NCBI GenBank assembly: GCA_963845755.1
Contig: CAWJTV010000019.1
Coordinates: 224,001 to 288,000, forward strand
Reading direction: 5' to 3'
DNA length: 64,000 nt
DNA from: an uncultured Planctomycetota bacterium
GTDB taxonomy: Bacteria; Planctomycetota; Planctomycetia; Isosphaerales; Isosphaeraceae
The notes under the pieces are model-generated. The model was not told where the DNA came from and did not search any database. It saw only the letters and a program-made list of their open reading frames with translations. This document shows positions 12,101-24,300 of the stretch, piece after piece. The stretch's first letter is position 1; the number at the start of each line of letters is the position of its first letter. The translations under genes were made by a program, and so were the position numbers.

Positions 12101-12976
12101 CGCTCTGCTTTCGGGCATCGTGACAGTCACCGCCGACAGCGGCCTGGCTCGCTTCTCCGGACTGACGATCGACGAGGCCGGCGCGGGCTACACACTGAAC
12201 GCGACCGCCGGCAACCTGTCCGCAACGACCACCGTCTCGATCGAGGTCAGCCCGACGGCGGCGACCCGGCTGATCGTCACCGTGCAACCTCCCTCGAGCG
12301 TCACGGCCGGAAGCGGCTTCGGACTGGTCGCCACGGCCGAGGATCCGTTCGGCAACGTGGACACGTCCTTCCAGGGCGATGTGACGGCATCGCTCTCGCC
12401 CTGGCTCGACGCGGACGCGCTCGGCGGCACGAGCCGCGTATCGGCCGTCAACGGCGTGGCGCGTTTCTCCGATCTCACGCTCTACCGGGCCGTCGCCGGA
12501 GATTCGCTGCAAATCGCCTCCGTCGGTCTGTCTACGGCGACGACGAATCTTCGTTCGCAGTGAACCCCGCCGCACCGACCCAGGTCGTCCTGATCTCCCA
12601 GCCGCCCGGGAAGATCCCCCAGCACCAGTCCTTCAGTTTCGCCGCCGCGGTGGAGGATGCGTTCGGGAACATCGTCACGAGCTACAATGGCACCGTGAGC
12701 GTCACCCTGTCAAACAATCCCAGTCATGCCCGGTTCCACGGCTCGCTCACGGTCCAGGCCGGCGCGGGCGTGGCCGTCTTCGATGGCTCGATGTCGAAGA
12801 AGCGCGGCAAGGGAGACGCCGCCCTGAGCGTCTCCGCCCTCGGCCTGACGCCCGCCACCTCGACCGTCTTCCAGGTCGCCCATCCGAATCCAGCAGCGTC
12901 CGTCTTCACGGCCCGCTTCCGCCACGGCCGGGTCCGCGATCACGCGTTGCGACCGACTTTGCGTCGGGGTCACTGA
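9101..12976 (+). CDS. Second secreted S53 peptidase with tandem Ig-like repeats (frameshifts near 9130-9170 and 12560)
   Basis: GGAGA SD plus ATG at 9101; DLEVRIVP leader; EEAMDVEW, ASGDGG, GGTSLAAP; same repeat family as 946..4518; the last repeat is in ORF 12560..12976. Confidence 0.8.
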
Positions 12977-12977
12977 T

Positions 12978-13604
12978 TCACAACGAACTTATAAACGACC
13001 AGAGATCCGTGAACGCATCGGAATCCCAGGGCCAGTATCCCGCCTGGGCAGCTTCGCCGACTCGCAAGGCAGGCTTGGGGCGCGACGCGAGCCAGGCATG
13101 AGCTCGCGCCTTGTAGAGGTTCGTCGGAAGTGGAACGTGCCCCTGAAGACATTGGAAATAGCCGTCCACGCAAGGAAACTCGGGCAGTCCGGATACGGAC
13201 TGAAGACAGAGCGTTTCCAGCATTCCATCATCGACTCCGTTTGGGACGATGAAGATGCCCACGCGCGGCGGGCCATCGACGAACTGGCCATGAGCGACGG
13301 GACAGGGCAGTCCGACGTGCCTCAAGGAACCGCAGATGGATTGGAAGGCCTGGATCGCCGAAGGCACGGTCGAACCGGGAGCTGTCGCGTCGGCATCCCG
13401 GATGATCGCCAAGGATTGAACGTTTGAGAAAAGCGGGTCGTTCACCAGGCCCGCGAGGTTCGCGGTCAAGCGGGTCTTCCCACCGATCGGCATGACCTGG
13501 ATGTCGGCGAGCCCGAGGTGATCCCGCAGCGCGGCCGCGAAGAACTGCTCCTCATCATGTCCCTCGACGATGAGCAACCTGGGTCGCTGGATCTGGGCAC
13601 TCAT
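12978..13604 (-). CDS. TOPRIM-like protein (DUF3226-type) coupled to an ABC-type ATPase
   Basis: LLIVEGHDE and IIRDAD (TOPRIM E...DxD pattern); GMLETLCL; ATGA overlap with the upstream ATPase. Confidence 0.7.
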   Translation of the reverse strand: MSAQIQRPRLLIVEGHDEEQFFAAALRDHLGLADIQVMPIGGKTRLTANLAGLVNDPLFSNVQSLAIIRDADATAPGSTVPSAIQAFQSICGSLRHVGLPCPVAHGQFVDGPPRVGIFIVPNGVDDGMLETLCLQSVSGLPEFPCVDGYFQCLQGHVPLPTNLYKARAHAWLASRPKPALRVGEAAQAGYWPWDSDAFTDLWSFISSL

Positions 13605-14683
13605 CCCCGCACCTCGAACGGTACCTCGCGGACACCCTGCATGGCCTCGTCGCTGTAACTGACCATGACATGGCGATCGTCGCGCTTGTCGATGCGGGAC
13701 AGTCCGAGAGTGCCCTCCTTGCCGGCGTAGACGTCCAGAGCGGAACGGATGATGTCGTCGTTATGCGTGGTTCCGAAGACCTGGACCTGATGCTTCTCGA
13801 CTAGCTCATCCAGGAGCTTCCACAAGGTGGGCATCACCTTGTGGTGCAGGCCGTTGTCGATCTCATCGATCAGGAGCACACCATTTCTCGAGGCGATCAA
13901 CTCCAGGATGATCGAGAACAGGCGAACCATCCCCTCGCCGCAAACCGCGAGCGGCACGAGTGCGTCAAGGCCGATGTCCAGGTAGATCGACGGGCCACTC
14001 GGCTCGGAGAGGACCTCGATTCTCTGAACGTTTGGATCAATAATTTGTAAAGCCTTTAGAATATTTTGATCATACTTGTTCTTGAGTAAGGAGCTGAACT
14101 GCTGGGCATCACGAACCGGGCTGGGAAAGACTCGAGCGGATAGGAGTGTGGTTCGTATCAAATCGTCTCTGTATTGGTGACCCTTTACCTCGACGTTTCC
14201 AGTTTCAGGGTCGAGAAGTGCCATTGCGCCCGTCTGAATGGCGTTCCCGGCTCCTCGGTAACCGAATCCCAGCCTATTGATGGTCGTGTCTTGAGTCGCA
14301 ACGGCAACGCCTCCCTCGTTACCGAACGATAAGCCTGATGAAGAGGAGGCAAGTGACACCTCGTGGGCTTGAATCTCCAAAGTCCTGTCGCGTGGTTCTT
14401 CCTGCCAGCGCCCAGAGATTTGCACGGGCACTGTCGCGTTCAGGTTGCGGAACAACGGTCTCCAGATCGTATCGGGATAACCTCTTCCCGACCGCTGCCC
14501 GCGCAACTGCCCGAGCGTTGTGGGAAGCAGAGGGTCGGTCGCTCCACCCAGGAGTAGAAGGGCCTCGAGAAACGTGGTCTTCCCCGAATTATTCCGGCCG
14601 AGAATCAAGTTGATGCGGCGGAGCCCTTCCGCTTCGAGCGATTCGATCCCGCGGAAGTTCTTGATCGAGACCTTGGAGTACAT
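13601..14683 (-). CDS. AAA_15/AAA_21-type ABC ATPase
   Basis: IKNFRGI, Walker A GRNNSGKT, signature-like GEGMVRL, Walker B/D-loop LLIDEIDNGLH, H-loop TTHN. Confidence 0.85.
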   Translation of the reverse strand: MYSKVSIKNFRGIESLEAEGLRRINLILGRNNSGKTTFLEALLLLGGATDPLLPTTLGQLRGQRSGRGYPDTIWRPLFRNLNATVPVQISGRWQEEPRDRTLEIQAHEVSLASSSSGLSFGNEGGVAVATQDTTINRLGFGYRGAGNAIQTGAMALLDPETGNVEVKGHQYRDDLIRTTLLSARVFPSPVRDAQQFSSLLKNKYDQNILKALQIIDPNVQRIEVLSEPSGPSIYLDIGLDALVPLAVCGEGMVRLFSIILELIASRNGVLLIDEIDNGLHHKVMPTLWKLLDELVEKHQVQVFGTTHNDDIIRSALDVYAGKEGTLGLSRIDKRDDRHVMVSYSDEAMQGVREVPFEVRG

Positions 14684-14917
14684 GGCCCGCCTCCTCTAAG
14701 TTCGGAAGACCGATCGAGACCGGGAGGTCGCTGCACTCCATCCCGATACCGTCCTGGCCGAGTTCCCTGCCCAGGTTGTGACACGTGAGGGATTCTCGAC
14801 GTCCCCTCATTGTATCAGATCCCGGCTAGCCGCCGCCGCCGCGTCGCCACACGGGCGCCTCGTAGGCCGAGTCCGGCCCTCCCTATATGGGGTTTTGTCG
14901 ATTGCGCCGGCCAGAAA

Positions 14918-14958
14918 GTAGGTCAGCCTTTCCAGCCTGACGACGGCTCCTGTCAGGC
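14918..14958. repeat. GTAG-type REP-like palindrome (partial copy)
   Basis: GTAGGTCAGCCTTTCCAGCCTGAC...GTCAGGC, nearly identical to the element at 25056-25113. Confidence 0.6.
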
Positions 14959-15012
14959 CGACTCGCGCTTGGCACGATCGGGAGATGTCATTTCATCAGA
15001 AAGCTTTTGTCG

Positions 15013-16212
15013 TCAGGCGCGAAAGAGCGGCAGCCTCTCGAAATCTCCGCCCACTGCCGTCCTGGCAGGCAGGTCGAGCCAATCCTCGAGGACGCTCGCA
15101 TAGATCCGGCGGAAGTCGATCACGGTCTTGAGGTCGCCGTGCTTCGGGTCCGGGTCGAGCAGGCTCGGCGTCGCCCCCACGAGACCACCCTTGACGCTCG
15201 CACCGGCGAGAAAGACAGGGCCGGACGTGCCGTGGTCGGTGCCAGCCGAGCCGTTCTCCTTGACGGTCCGGCCGAACTCGCTGAAGAACAATACCACGAC
15301 ACGGTCCGCCAGCCTGGCCGCGGCCAGGTCGTCGAGAAACGCCTTCAGGGCGCCGGACAGTTCGAGAAGGAGGTTGCTGTGCGCGAAGAGCTGGGCCGAG
15401 TGGGTATCGTAGCCCGACTGAAGCGTATAGAAGACACGCGTGTCCTGGCCGCCCTTCAGGAGCTGGGCGATGAGCCGCAGTCGTGAGGCCAGGCCACTCT
15501 GCGGATAACGAGCCTCATCCTTGTGAGGGGCCAATTGCTGCGTGCGATCGGCCGCGCTGTAGGCGTCCAGCATGCTCCGCTGGACGAACGCCGCCGTGTC
15601 ATCGCCTGGTCGCATCGTTCGGAGAACCTTGCGCGGGTCGGAGCCCGCGTCCAGAGTGAGGTCCTCGATCCGCGCGATGGACGTGGCGATGGAGCGTCAA
15701 CCGCGGATCGCCACCGACGGTGGGTCCGCGCCGACCTGCACCAGGGAGGCCGTCCCTCCGGCCTCATCGAGGGCGCGGCCGAGCCACCCCGCTCCCTTGT
15801 GCTCCTCCGGGTCGAGCCGGGCCGTATGCCAGGTCGCCATGCTCTGGAAATGCGATCGGTTCGGGTTGGGATAGCTGACGCCCTGGGCGATGACCAGTTG
15901 CCCGGCCTCCAGCAGCTTGCCGAATCCCTGAAGCGACGGATGGAGGCCGATGTGGTCGTTGACTTTGATCAGACGGTCCCTGGCGAGCCGGAGCGTCTTG
16001 CGATGCTTGGCGTAGCCCTCGTCGGCGAAGGGGACGACGGTGTTGATGCCGTCGTTGCCGCCGTTCAATTCCACGACCACCAGCACCCGGTCGTCGCGCC
16101 GCGGTGCCGCGGCACGGGCCGTGCGGGCGAGGAAGCCGGGGACCGTCGGAGCCAGCGCAATCAGGGAGGAGCTGCTCAAGGTCGCTCCCAGGAAACCGCG
16201 ACGCGTAGACAT
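15013..16212 (-). CDS. DUF1501 family protein (frameshifted near 15650-15700)
   Basis: Tat-like MSTRRGFL; LVVVELNGGNDGINT, PNRSHF, GYDTH, SEFGRT..ENGSAGTDHG; split between ORFs 15697..16212 and 15013..15615. Confidence 0.85.
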
Positions 16213-16239
16213 GGGAACCTCCGGGATAGCCGCGATTCT

Positions 16240-16530
16240 TTCACCACAGAAACCGCAAAGCGATAAGGAAAAGGAACGGATCGATTCACCACAGAGTCAC
16301 GGAGAACACCGAGAAAACCAAGACGCGTTGTGATGTCGAGAGCGCACAGGTATAGTTCACTCTCGGTGAATCTGACAAAACATTAATGTTAAATATATAT
16401 AATTTTATTATTATATAAAAATTATCAAACTTAAAAAAATCAAGGGAAATGTCTCTGTGATCTCTGTGGCTCTGTGGTGAATCTGTATTGATCCCTTGCG
16501 GCTCCGCAGCGCCGGGGCTTTGCGGTGAGG
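16240..16530. repeat. ORF-less cassette bounded by inverted arrays of 9-nt repeats around an AT-rich core
   Basis: GATTCACCACAGAG (16283-16296) is the exact reverse complement of 16470-16483; arms extend to 28/32 identity using CACAGAGA-like units; the core at about 16375-16445 is almost pure A/T. Confidence 0.75.
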
Positions 16531-16615
16531 AATCGGTATGGAGCGGTTAACGGATGCGTCGGGTAGGCCCCAGGACCGATGCCCAAGCACCTTCGTCCCG
16601 AAGTGCCCGATCGGT

Positions 16616-18015
16616 TCAAGCCAGTTGGGCCTCGGGGCAGGTCAATATCAGGGCGATGGCATGGCGGGCAGCGTCGGGGCCCCACGACTCATCCGAGCCA
16701 GTAGCGTCGGCGATCCGAGCATGCCAGTCGCGGCCCGGCTCGGAGCCGAAGAGCAGCTCGGCGATGAAGTCGATGTACTCATCACGGCCTCGGCCCCGGT
16801 CGTGGCGACTGGCCAGGGCGAGGGGATCCCACGGTGACGGACGGCCAACCCCGTGACCGCCGACGAGTCCCGTCGCGTAGTTGGCCCGACCGATCAGGCC
16901 GCGCGTCGTCAGCCAGGACCGGCCACCCGTCCAGCCGCCCACGTTGGGCGGGAAGAACAGGTCCTGACCGAGCCGCGTACACCACTCGGCGAGCGTCAGC
17001 GTGCTGCACGGCGGCTCGAATAACTCCAGGGCGCGGGCCGCCCCGATGACGTACTCCACCGGGCTAAGCACGCGGTCTCCGACGTTCGCGTCGGCGAAGA
17101 AGACTTGCGATCGCAGGACCGTCTCGACCGCCCAGCCGATGTCGAGGTTGCGCGCCCGCAGGCCGTCCGCCAGGGCATCGAGATCGGCGGCTTTCATCGC
17201 CGTCTCGCTCAGGAATAGCTCGCCGATCCGCCAGGCCAGGCGGCGCGACGTCGCCGGGTGCTCCAGCACCATTCGGACCACGTCATCTCCCTTCCAGCGC
17301 CCGGTCTTCCCCAGGATGGTCTTCTCGCCGTCATCGTGGCGAGCGGCAGTCTCGGCGAAGACCTCGTTCTCGATCCTCCAGCCGGTGAGGGCCCGCGCCG
17401 CTTCCTTGACGTCGTGCTCGGTGTAATGGCCGATTCCCAGGCTGAAAAGCTCCATCAGCTCGCGCGCAGGTTCTCGTTCGGGTGGCCCTTCCGGTTGCTC
17501 GTGGCGTCGAGCCACATCAGCATCGCCGGGTCGTGGAGGACGGCTTCGAGCAACTCCCCGAAAGGCCGACGGGCGCGTTGGCGGAACAGCACGTTCTGCC
17601 GATACATGAACGCCAGGCTGCCGACCTTGAAGTTGCTGGTGGCGAAGTGGTTGTGCCACATCAGTGCCAGCCGCTCGGTCAGCGGGTCGGGGCCGAACAG
17701 CATGCGGTAGAGCCACCATGCCTTGAGCCGTGCCGGATCGCTCGAGGTCGCGGCCGACTCGCCCAACACGTCCGCGGTCTTCTCGAACTCCGAAGGCACG
17801 CCGACGGTCGCTGCGGTGCCCGACAGCACACGATCAAGGCTGACCTCAGGGCCGGCCTTCAGGTCACGCTGGATCTCGCCCCGGGTGGCCGCGAAGCCGG
17901 CACGGCGGTGCAGGAGGACGACGCGCCGCAGGTTCCAGGGGGCTTCGTCGCATGGGACATAAGGCGCCCACGGGCCCGCGGATCGTCCGCTCTTGGTGTC
18001 CGGCGGCGGTTTCAT
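16616..18015 (-). CDS. DUF1800 family protein (frameshifted near 17465)
   Basis: LHRRAGF, ERLALMWHNHFATS, PNEN(L)ARELMELFSLG, EAARALTGW, PPNVGGW; usual partner of DUF1501. Confidence 0.85.
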
Positions 18016-18159
18016 CGGTCACTCGCTTTCGATCTCAAACCCCGCGACGAACGGGGTGTCCGTAGGATGCTCTATGAGCACCGTTGCCAATCCCGCCGAA
18101 CTCGGCATCACTCTTGGAACTCCGGTGCTCACAGAGCACCCTACAGAATTCTCATTCCA

Positions 18160-21010
18160 TCACTCACTACCAGTCTTCACGTCACCTAGGGCCTTCGTCT
18201 CGCCCCAACGGAGACCCTCGCCCAGGGACAGAAGGCTCTTTCCGTCGTACAGGGAGAACTGGTAATCGGGCAATAAACCCGCGATACGGAACCGACCCTG
18301 CTCATCCGTCTTGTCAGGCTGTGGGGGGAAATACGTGTAGTCCATCGGCTGGGCGAGTTCCTTGTAGTCACGCCAGACGACCAGTTTCACGCCGGGTCGC
18401 GGTCGTCCGTCCGCATCGACCAGCCGGCCCGCGATCGTGGCGCCGGGCCGCAGTTGCACGGTGATCGATTCGCTCCGGTTCTTCGGAAGGTGTGCCACTC
18501 CCACCAGTCCCTTCTGCGGGTGCTGGAACATCAGGGGCCGCGGATGATGCGGGTTGAACCCGCTGACCGTGAACTCGGCCGTCTTCATCGGCTTGAGATC
18601 ACGCGCGAAGTCGCCGCGGGCGGTCAGTCCGATGCCCCACGCCCCGGCCATCGGCTTGCCGTCCGGCCCGAGCACCGTTCCCGTAAAGGTCCAGCCCGGG
18701 TCGAGCGTCAGGTCACGCGTCGCCGATTCCACACCCTGGGCCGGGTCGATCCGGGCGATCGCGGTGTAGTTCATCGTGGGTAGAGGCATCGTCGGGACGA
18801 AGATTTCCTTGATCGCGTACTCGTCATCGCGTTCGTGAGCTCGGAGGTAACCGTCCACGAACCGGACCGCGACCATGCCGGGTCCCGGCATGCCAGCGAC
18901 GCGGTATGATCCGTCCTCATTCGTGGTCCTGGGCGTGTCATTGGGGAAATAGCCGTAGGCACTCTGATTGGGGTTATCGGGCTGGGCGTGATAGCGGATC
19001 TCACCCACCACAGGCTTACCGGTCACCTTGTCGGTCAGCTTGCCCTCGATCCAGATGCCGCACTTCAGCTCGAAATCGGCCGTGACCGGCTCCAGGCCGG
19101 GAGTATCCGGCACGTCCCGGAAAGTCACGAGGTATGGCTGGTCGTTACCCGGGACGATCTTGATCTGGTTTCCCTCCCCTTTGGGCATGCCCACAAGCCG
19201 GTATTGTCCCTGGGCGTCGGTCGTGGTCCGAACCATCTCGTTCCCACCGATCAGTTCATTGGCCAGTTTCTGGCTGGTGATCGTGAGCCCGGCCAGCGGC
19301 TTCTTCGTGTCCCTGTCGCGGACCACGCCGACGATCGGCTTGGTCGGGGCCGCCGCATGCCGGAAGGTGGCGCCGTAGTAGGTCGCGGTCAGGGTCGGTT
19401 GGGACGGCATCTCGAACCGGACCACGGTCAGGGCCTCGACCGAACGTGTCAGGATACTGAGCTGCTGGCTGGCGATGGTCGGACCGTCGAGTTGCACCAC
19501 GACGAGGCGATTCCGCCCGATGCCTGTCAGTCGGAAACGACCCTCGGCATCAGCGGTGAACTTCGGAGCCGGAGCGATCGTGAGCCGAGGGAGGTACTGC
19601 ATCTCAAGTTGATCGCTCAGTCCTTTCCTGGCCTTGGCGGCTTCGAGCCATGGGCCGAGGTCGTCTCCGGCCGCGGCGCGGACCCTCAGCACCTGGAGCG
19701 TCGCGCCCGGGACCGCCTTCCCTTCGAGGTCGACGACCTGGCCGATGATCGGCTGGTCCTCGACCAGTTGGAGCGTCAGGTCGTCGCTCCGGCCTTTCGG
19801 CGGGACCTCGACCCAGCCGAGCCCGTAGTTCGCCGCGGTGGCCGCGACGACGGTCGGTTGATGGAACTGGCCTGCCTTCACCACGTACTCGAACTCGAAG
19901 CGGCCGTCCGGTCCGCTCGTTGCAGATCCGGGTTCCGAAAACGGCTCGCTGCCGTACAGCGGAGTCCGGTAGATCTTCGCATCGGCGACGGGTCGCCCGT
20001 CCGGCCCGAGCACTCGGCCGTGTACGGTGATCTTTCTGGGTGCCTCGCGCAAATTCGATTCGGCCCGCGGCGCGACCGTCTCAGCTCTTCGCCGAGGAGG
20101 ATCCGAGCTCGCGACCGTCTTCTTCGCGGGCTCCTCACTGAGGGAGACCAGCGCAGCCGACGCCCCCCACGCGATCAGTCCTCCAGCCAGGAGAGCGGCT
20201 GACGCCAATGTAAGTTTCTTGAACAACATGATTCCGAGCACCTCCCGAGTCAATTCCTGGGCCGCCGCCGAGACGACCCCGACGGTTAACGAGCGATCGA
20301 CCGTGGCCAGCGCCGCCCGGACGGCCGCCTGGCTCCAGGCCGGCGGTACGGCGATGCCAGCCCCACCGAGGACCGCCGATCCCAGGACCCCGCCCTCCGG
20401 CGCCAGTCCCCGGCGGATCAGTCGAGTCTTGAGCCGCGCAGCGTCCTTCGCTCAGTCGGCGCTGGAGCGTGCGCTCACTCCATCGCAACTCCGCGGCGGC
20501 CCGATTCTGAGGAACGCCCTGAAGCTCGCAGAGGATCACCGCCCGGCGGAGCTTCTCGGGCAGCCGAGCGATCTCTTCGTGGAGTGCTTGCAACGGCTCG
20601 TCGGGGGCCGACGGCCCAGGCGTTGACGTGATCGCCGCCATTTGTCCCGCCCGCCTTTCGCATGCCCGCCGCCGGGCGGCGGCGGCGTTGGCCCGGATCG
20701 CCACGCGGTGGGCCACCTGATAGAGCCAGGGCCCCAGGGCCTCGTGCCTGCGGAGAGTCCCCGATTTCTTCACGAGGATGAGGAACGTGGCCTGGAAGGC
20801 GTCCTCGGCGTCGTTCCAATCCTTCAAGATGCCCCGGCAGACGCTCAGGACCATCGGTCCATGATGCGCCACCAGGGCCTCGAATGCCGCGGCGTCGTGC
20901 CCGGAGACGAAGCGCTCGAGCAGTTGCGCATCGGAGAATCCCGTGATGGTCCCATCCGCCCAGAGGCGGCTGATCTGCCTCACTGCGGCGCCTAGCGTCT
21001 CGATGGCCGT
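18160..21010 (-). CDS. ECF sigma-70 factor with TM segment and long C-terminal carboxypeptidase-regulatory-like domains (frameshifted near 20250-20450)
   Basis: SDAQLLERF, AFEALV..HGPMV, DAEDAFQATFLIL, ALHEEIARLPEK; C-terminal repeats G.V.GPDG.PV..A...TD..GRF in ORF 18160..20253. The start codon is uncertain (ACG at 21010, or 20983). Confidence 0.8.
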
Positions 21011-21173
21011 GTCTCCTGATCGCCTCCCGCCCTTGTCTCAATAACCTAAGAGACCCGAGCGACGACGCAGCCGCCACTTTTTTTTCTGAAGGGCCAAGTT
21101 GGCTGGCGTCCTCTCGTCTGGACGCTCGGGGATCGTCAGGCCACAATGGGACGATCCCGGGCCAATCTTTGAA

Positions 21174-21295
21174 CAGTAGGTAGTAGGCAGTGGGATGCAG
21201 GCAGTGGGCAACGGCGGTGGGCAGTGGGCAGTCAACAGAAGCATCGAAGTTTGTATTCTATTTGCTACCGACTACCGACTGCCTACCGCCTACTG
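21174..21295. repeat. Inverted arrays of 7-nt repeats (CAGTRGG / CCTACYG) around a short AT-rich spacer
   Basis: cagtagg-tagtagg-cagtggg...cagtggg-cagt on the left; ctaccga-ctaccga-ctgccta-ccgccta-ctg on the right. Confidence 0.65.
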
Positions 21296-21313
21296 AAGAA
21301 GGAGTCTCTCTCG

Positions 21314-24300
21314 ATGTTGCAACGCATTCCGATGTTCCGGTCGATCGCCATCTCGGTGGTGTTGGGGATGGCCGGGATCTGTCCCGGGCTCGCCTCGGCC
21401 CAGGTCAGCGCCGAGAAGTCGGCCCAGCGGCTCAAGCCGGCCCCGGGGCTGGAGGCGACACTCTGGGCGTCGGAGCCCATGCTGAGCAACCCCACCAATA
21501 TGGATATCGACTCCCGAGGCCGGGTCTGGATCGCCGAGGGGCTGAACTACCGGCTCACCCGCGGCGGCAACCGCCGCTTCAAGCGCATCGAGGAAGCCGA
21601 TCGAATCAAGATCCTCGAAGACACCGACGGCGACGGCAAGGCCGACAAGGTCACCGTGTTCGCCGATCGGATCTTCCCCGTCCCGATGGGCATTGCCGTC
21701 GAAGAGCATCACGACCAGTCGGGCAAGTACACCGGCTGCCGCGTCTTCATCGGCAATAGCCCGGATCTCCTGGTCCTCGAGGACACCGACGGTGACGACA
21801 AGGCCGACAAGCGGTACCCGCTGCTGACCGGCTTCGGTGGGGTTGACTCCGACCATGGTGTGCATGGCATGACCCTCGGCATCGACGGCAAACTCTACTT
21901 CACCCACGGCGACGGCTGCTGCTCGGTCCAGCACGACCACTCCGAGCGGCCCCAGAACTTCGACGTCATCGACAAAAGCGGCCGGCACGTCTGGACCGAC
22001 CAACTGGCCAACACCTTGCGAGTCAACCGCGACGGCACCGAGTTCGAGATCATCTGCGACCGCCAGCGGAACAACTACGAGACCTGCGTCAACTCGTTCG
22101 GCAACATCTTCACCAGCGACAACGACGACGACGGCAATCGCGGCTGCCGGGTGATCTGGGCGATGGACGGCGGCCATTACGGCTACCGGACGCCGGGCAG
22201 CCCGCGGCACTGGGGCGAGGAGGTGCCGGGCAACGTCCCCAAGATCGTCGGCACGGGTAACGGCAGCCCCTGCGGCATCATGGTCTATGAGGGCGAACTT
22301 CTGCCCGCTGAATACCGAGGCGCGGTCCTCGAAGTCGACGCCGGCACCCGACAGGTCAATTTCTTCCCGATCACCCGACAGGGCGCCGCATTCCGGACCG
22401 ATTACAAGGTCTTCCTGGGTGGCGATGATCCGTGGTTCCGGCCCGTCGATGCCTGCACCGCACCCGATGGCTCGGTGTTCGTCGCCGACTGGTACGACGC
22501 GGGCGTCGGCGGCCACGCCTTCAGCGATCAGACGACCGGGCGGATCTACCGCGTCGCGAGCGAGGGGCACAAGAGCACCAGGCCCAAGCCCGATTTCGGC
22601 ACGTTCGACGGGCTGGTCGCCGCGCTGAAGTCGCCGAATGTCACTACGATGGATGCGGCCCGGAATGTACTCTTGCATCGGGCGGTATACCTCAACCACC
22701 GTCCGGACCAATCGTTTCGCCGGATTCAAGAAGTGATGAACGTCCTGACGAAGCTGGCGGCGCCGGGGAATCGGGACATCGACCGCGCCCGGGCCTACTG
22801 GACGATCCAGGCCATCGTCGAACAGGCCCCCATCAAGAATCCCCTGTCACGAGACCTCATCAAGTCTCCGGACGGACGCCTCCGCGAAATGGCTGTCCGC
22901 ATGCTCGGCCGCGACTGCCGCGAGAATGGCCACGTCGAATATCAGAAGGTCGAGGCCAAGCACGCGCCGGCCGCGATGAAGCATCTCGACACGCTCCTGT
23001 CAATGACCGACGATCCGGACGCGGGCGTCCGCCGCGAGCTGATCCTCGCGTTCCGCAACTTGCCAACCGACACGGTCGGCGACGCCTTGAGCAAGCTAGC
23101 CGCATCGTGGGACGGCCAGGACCGCTGGTATCTCGAGACCCTCGGCCTGGCCCTGGAGAAGCGCGACGGCGCCTTCCTGTCGAGGCTCCTCGACGGCACG
23201 CTCTACGGAGACCTCGACCTGGCGCAATCCGGCCGAAACGGCAAGGTCGCGCTGCCGCCGTATTTCCCGGTCGACCGGAATGAGGCCTACCTTCCCATCG
23301 GTTCGCCGGACCTGCCGGCCACGGCGTTGAGCAAGTATCTCGGGCTGGCCTGGCGGCTTCATACGCGAGAGGTTCTGCCGTTGCTGGAGCGGATCCTCCC
23401 GTCCCTGCGCGCCCCGAGCTTCAACAAGCGGCCGACGACATCCTGGATAGGATCACGGCACCCGAGGCTGCGGACCTGGTCGCCGGACTTGCCTCCCAAA
23501 CCAACGACCTGGCCCGCAAGCTGGGATTGTCCGCGATGCTGGTACGCCGGCTCCCGGGCGACTGGAACGCGGCACGGACCCGGCCGCGGGTCGTGAACCT
23601 GATCGCCCAGGAGTTGAAGGACCCGGCGACGCGGCTTCAGGGGATCACGCTGGCTGCCGCGACCCGCGACGGCCGCTATCGCACGACCCTCGAGAAAATG
23701 GCCCAGGAGACCAGCGCACCGATCGAGGCCCGCGTCGCGGCCATCGAGGCGGTCGGCTCGTTCGACATCACGCCCAACCGGGTCCCGGAGCAACTGATCG
23801 CCGCGGTCCGAGGCAAGGCGAGCTCCGACCCGGTGGCCGAGGCGGCCGTTCGCGCCATGGCCGGGCAATCTGGCGCGCGGGGCCGGCTGACCGACCTGGT
23901 TACCGCGCGCGACTACCCCCTGGGCCTGCGTCGCGAGGCCCTGCACGCCATCGCGCAACTCAGGGACGGCGGCTCGCACATCATCGAGCTGGCCCGCGCC
24001 GGCAGACTGCCCGACGACCTGAAGACCGAGGCTACGACCGCCTTGTACGCCTCGCCCGACCGGCGGGTTCGCGAGGCGGCGGCCAAGGTCCTGCCGTTGC
24101 CCAAGATCGCCGGTGGCCACACCCTGCCGTCGATGGGCGAGTTGATGCGCGGCGATGGCGATGCCGGTCGCGGCCGCGAGGTCTTCTTCCGCGCCGGTGC
24201 CAACTCCTGCGGGGGATGTCACCGGGTTCAGGGACGTGGCCAGTGGGTCGGACCCGACCTCTCGACGATCGGCGTCAAGTACGGTCGCGATGAGTTGATC

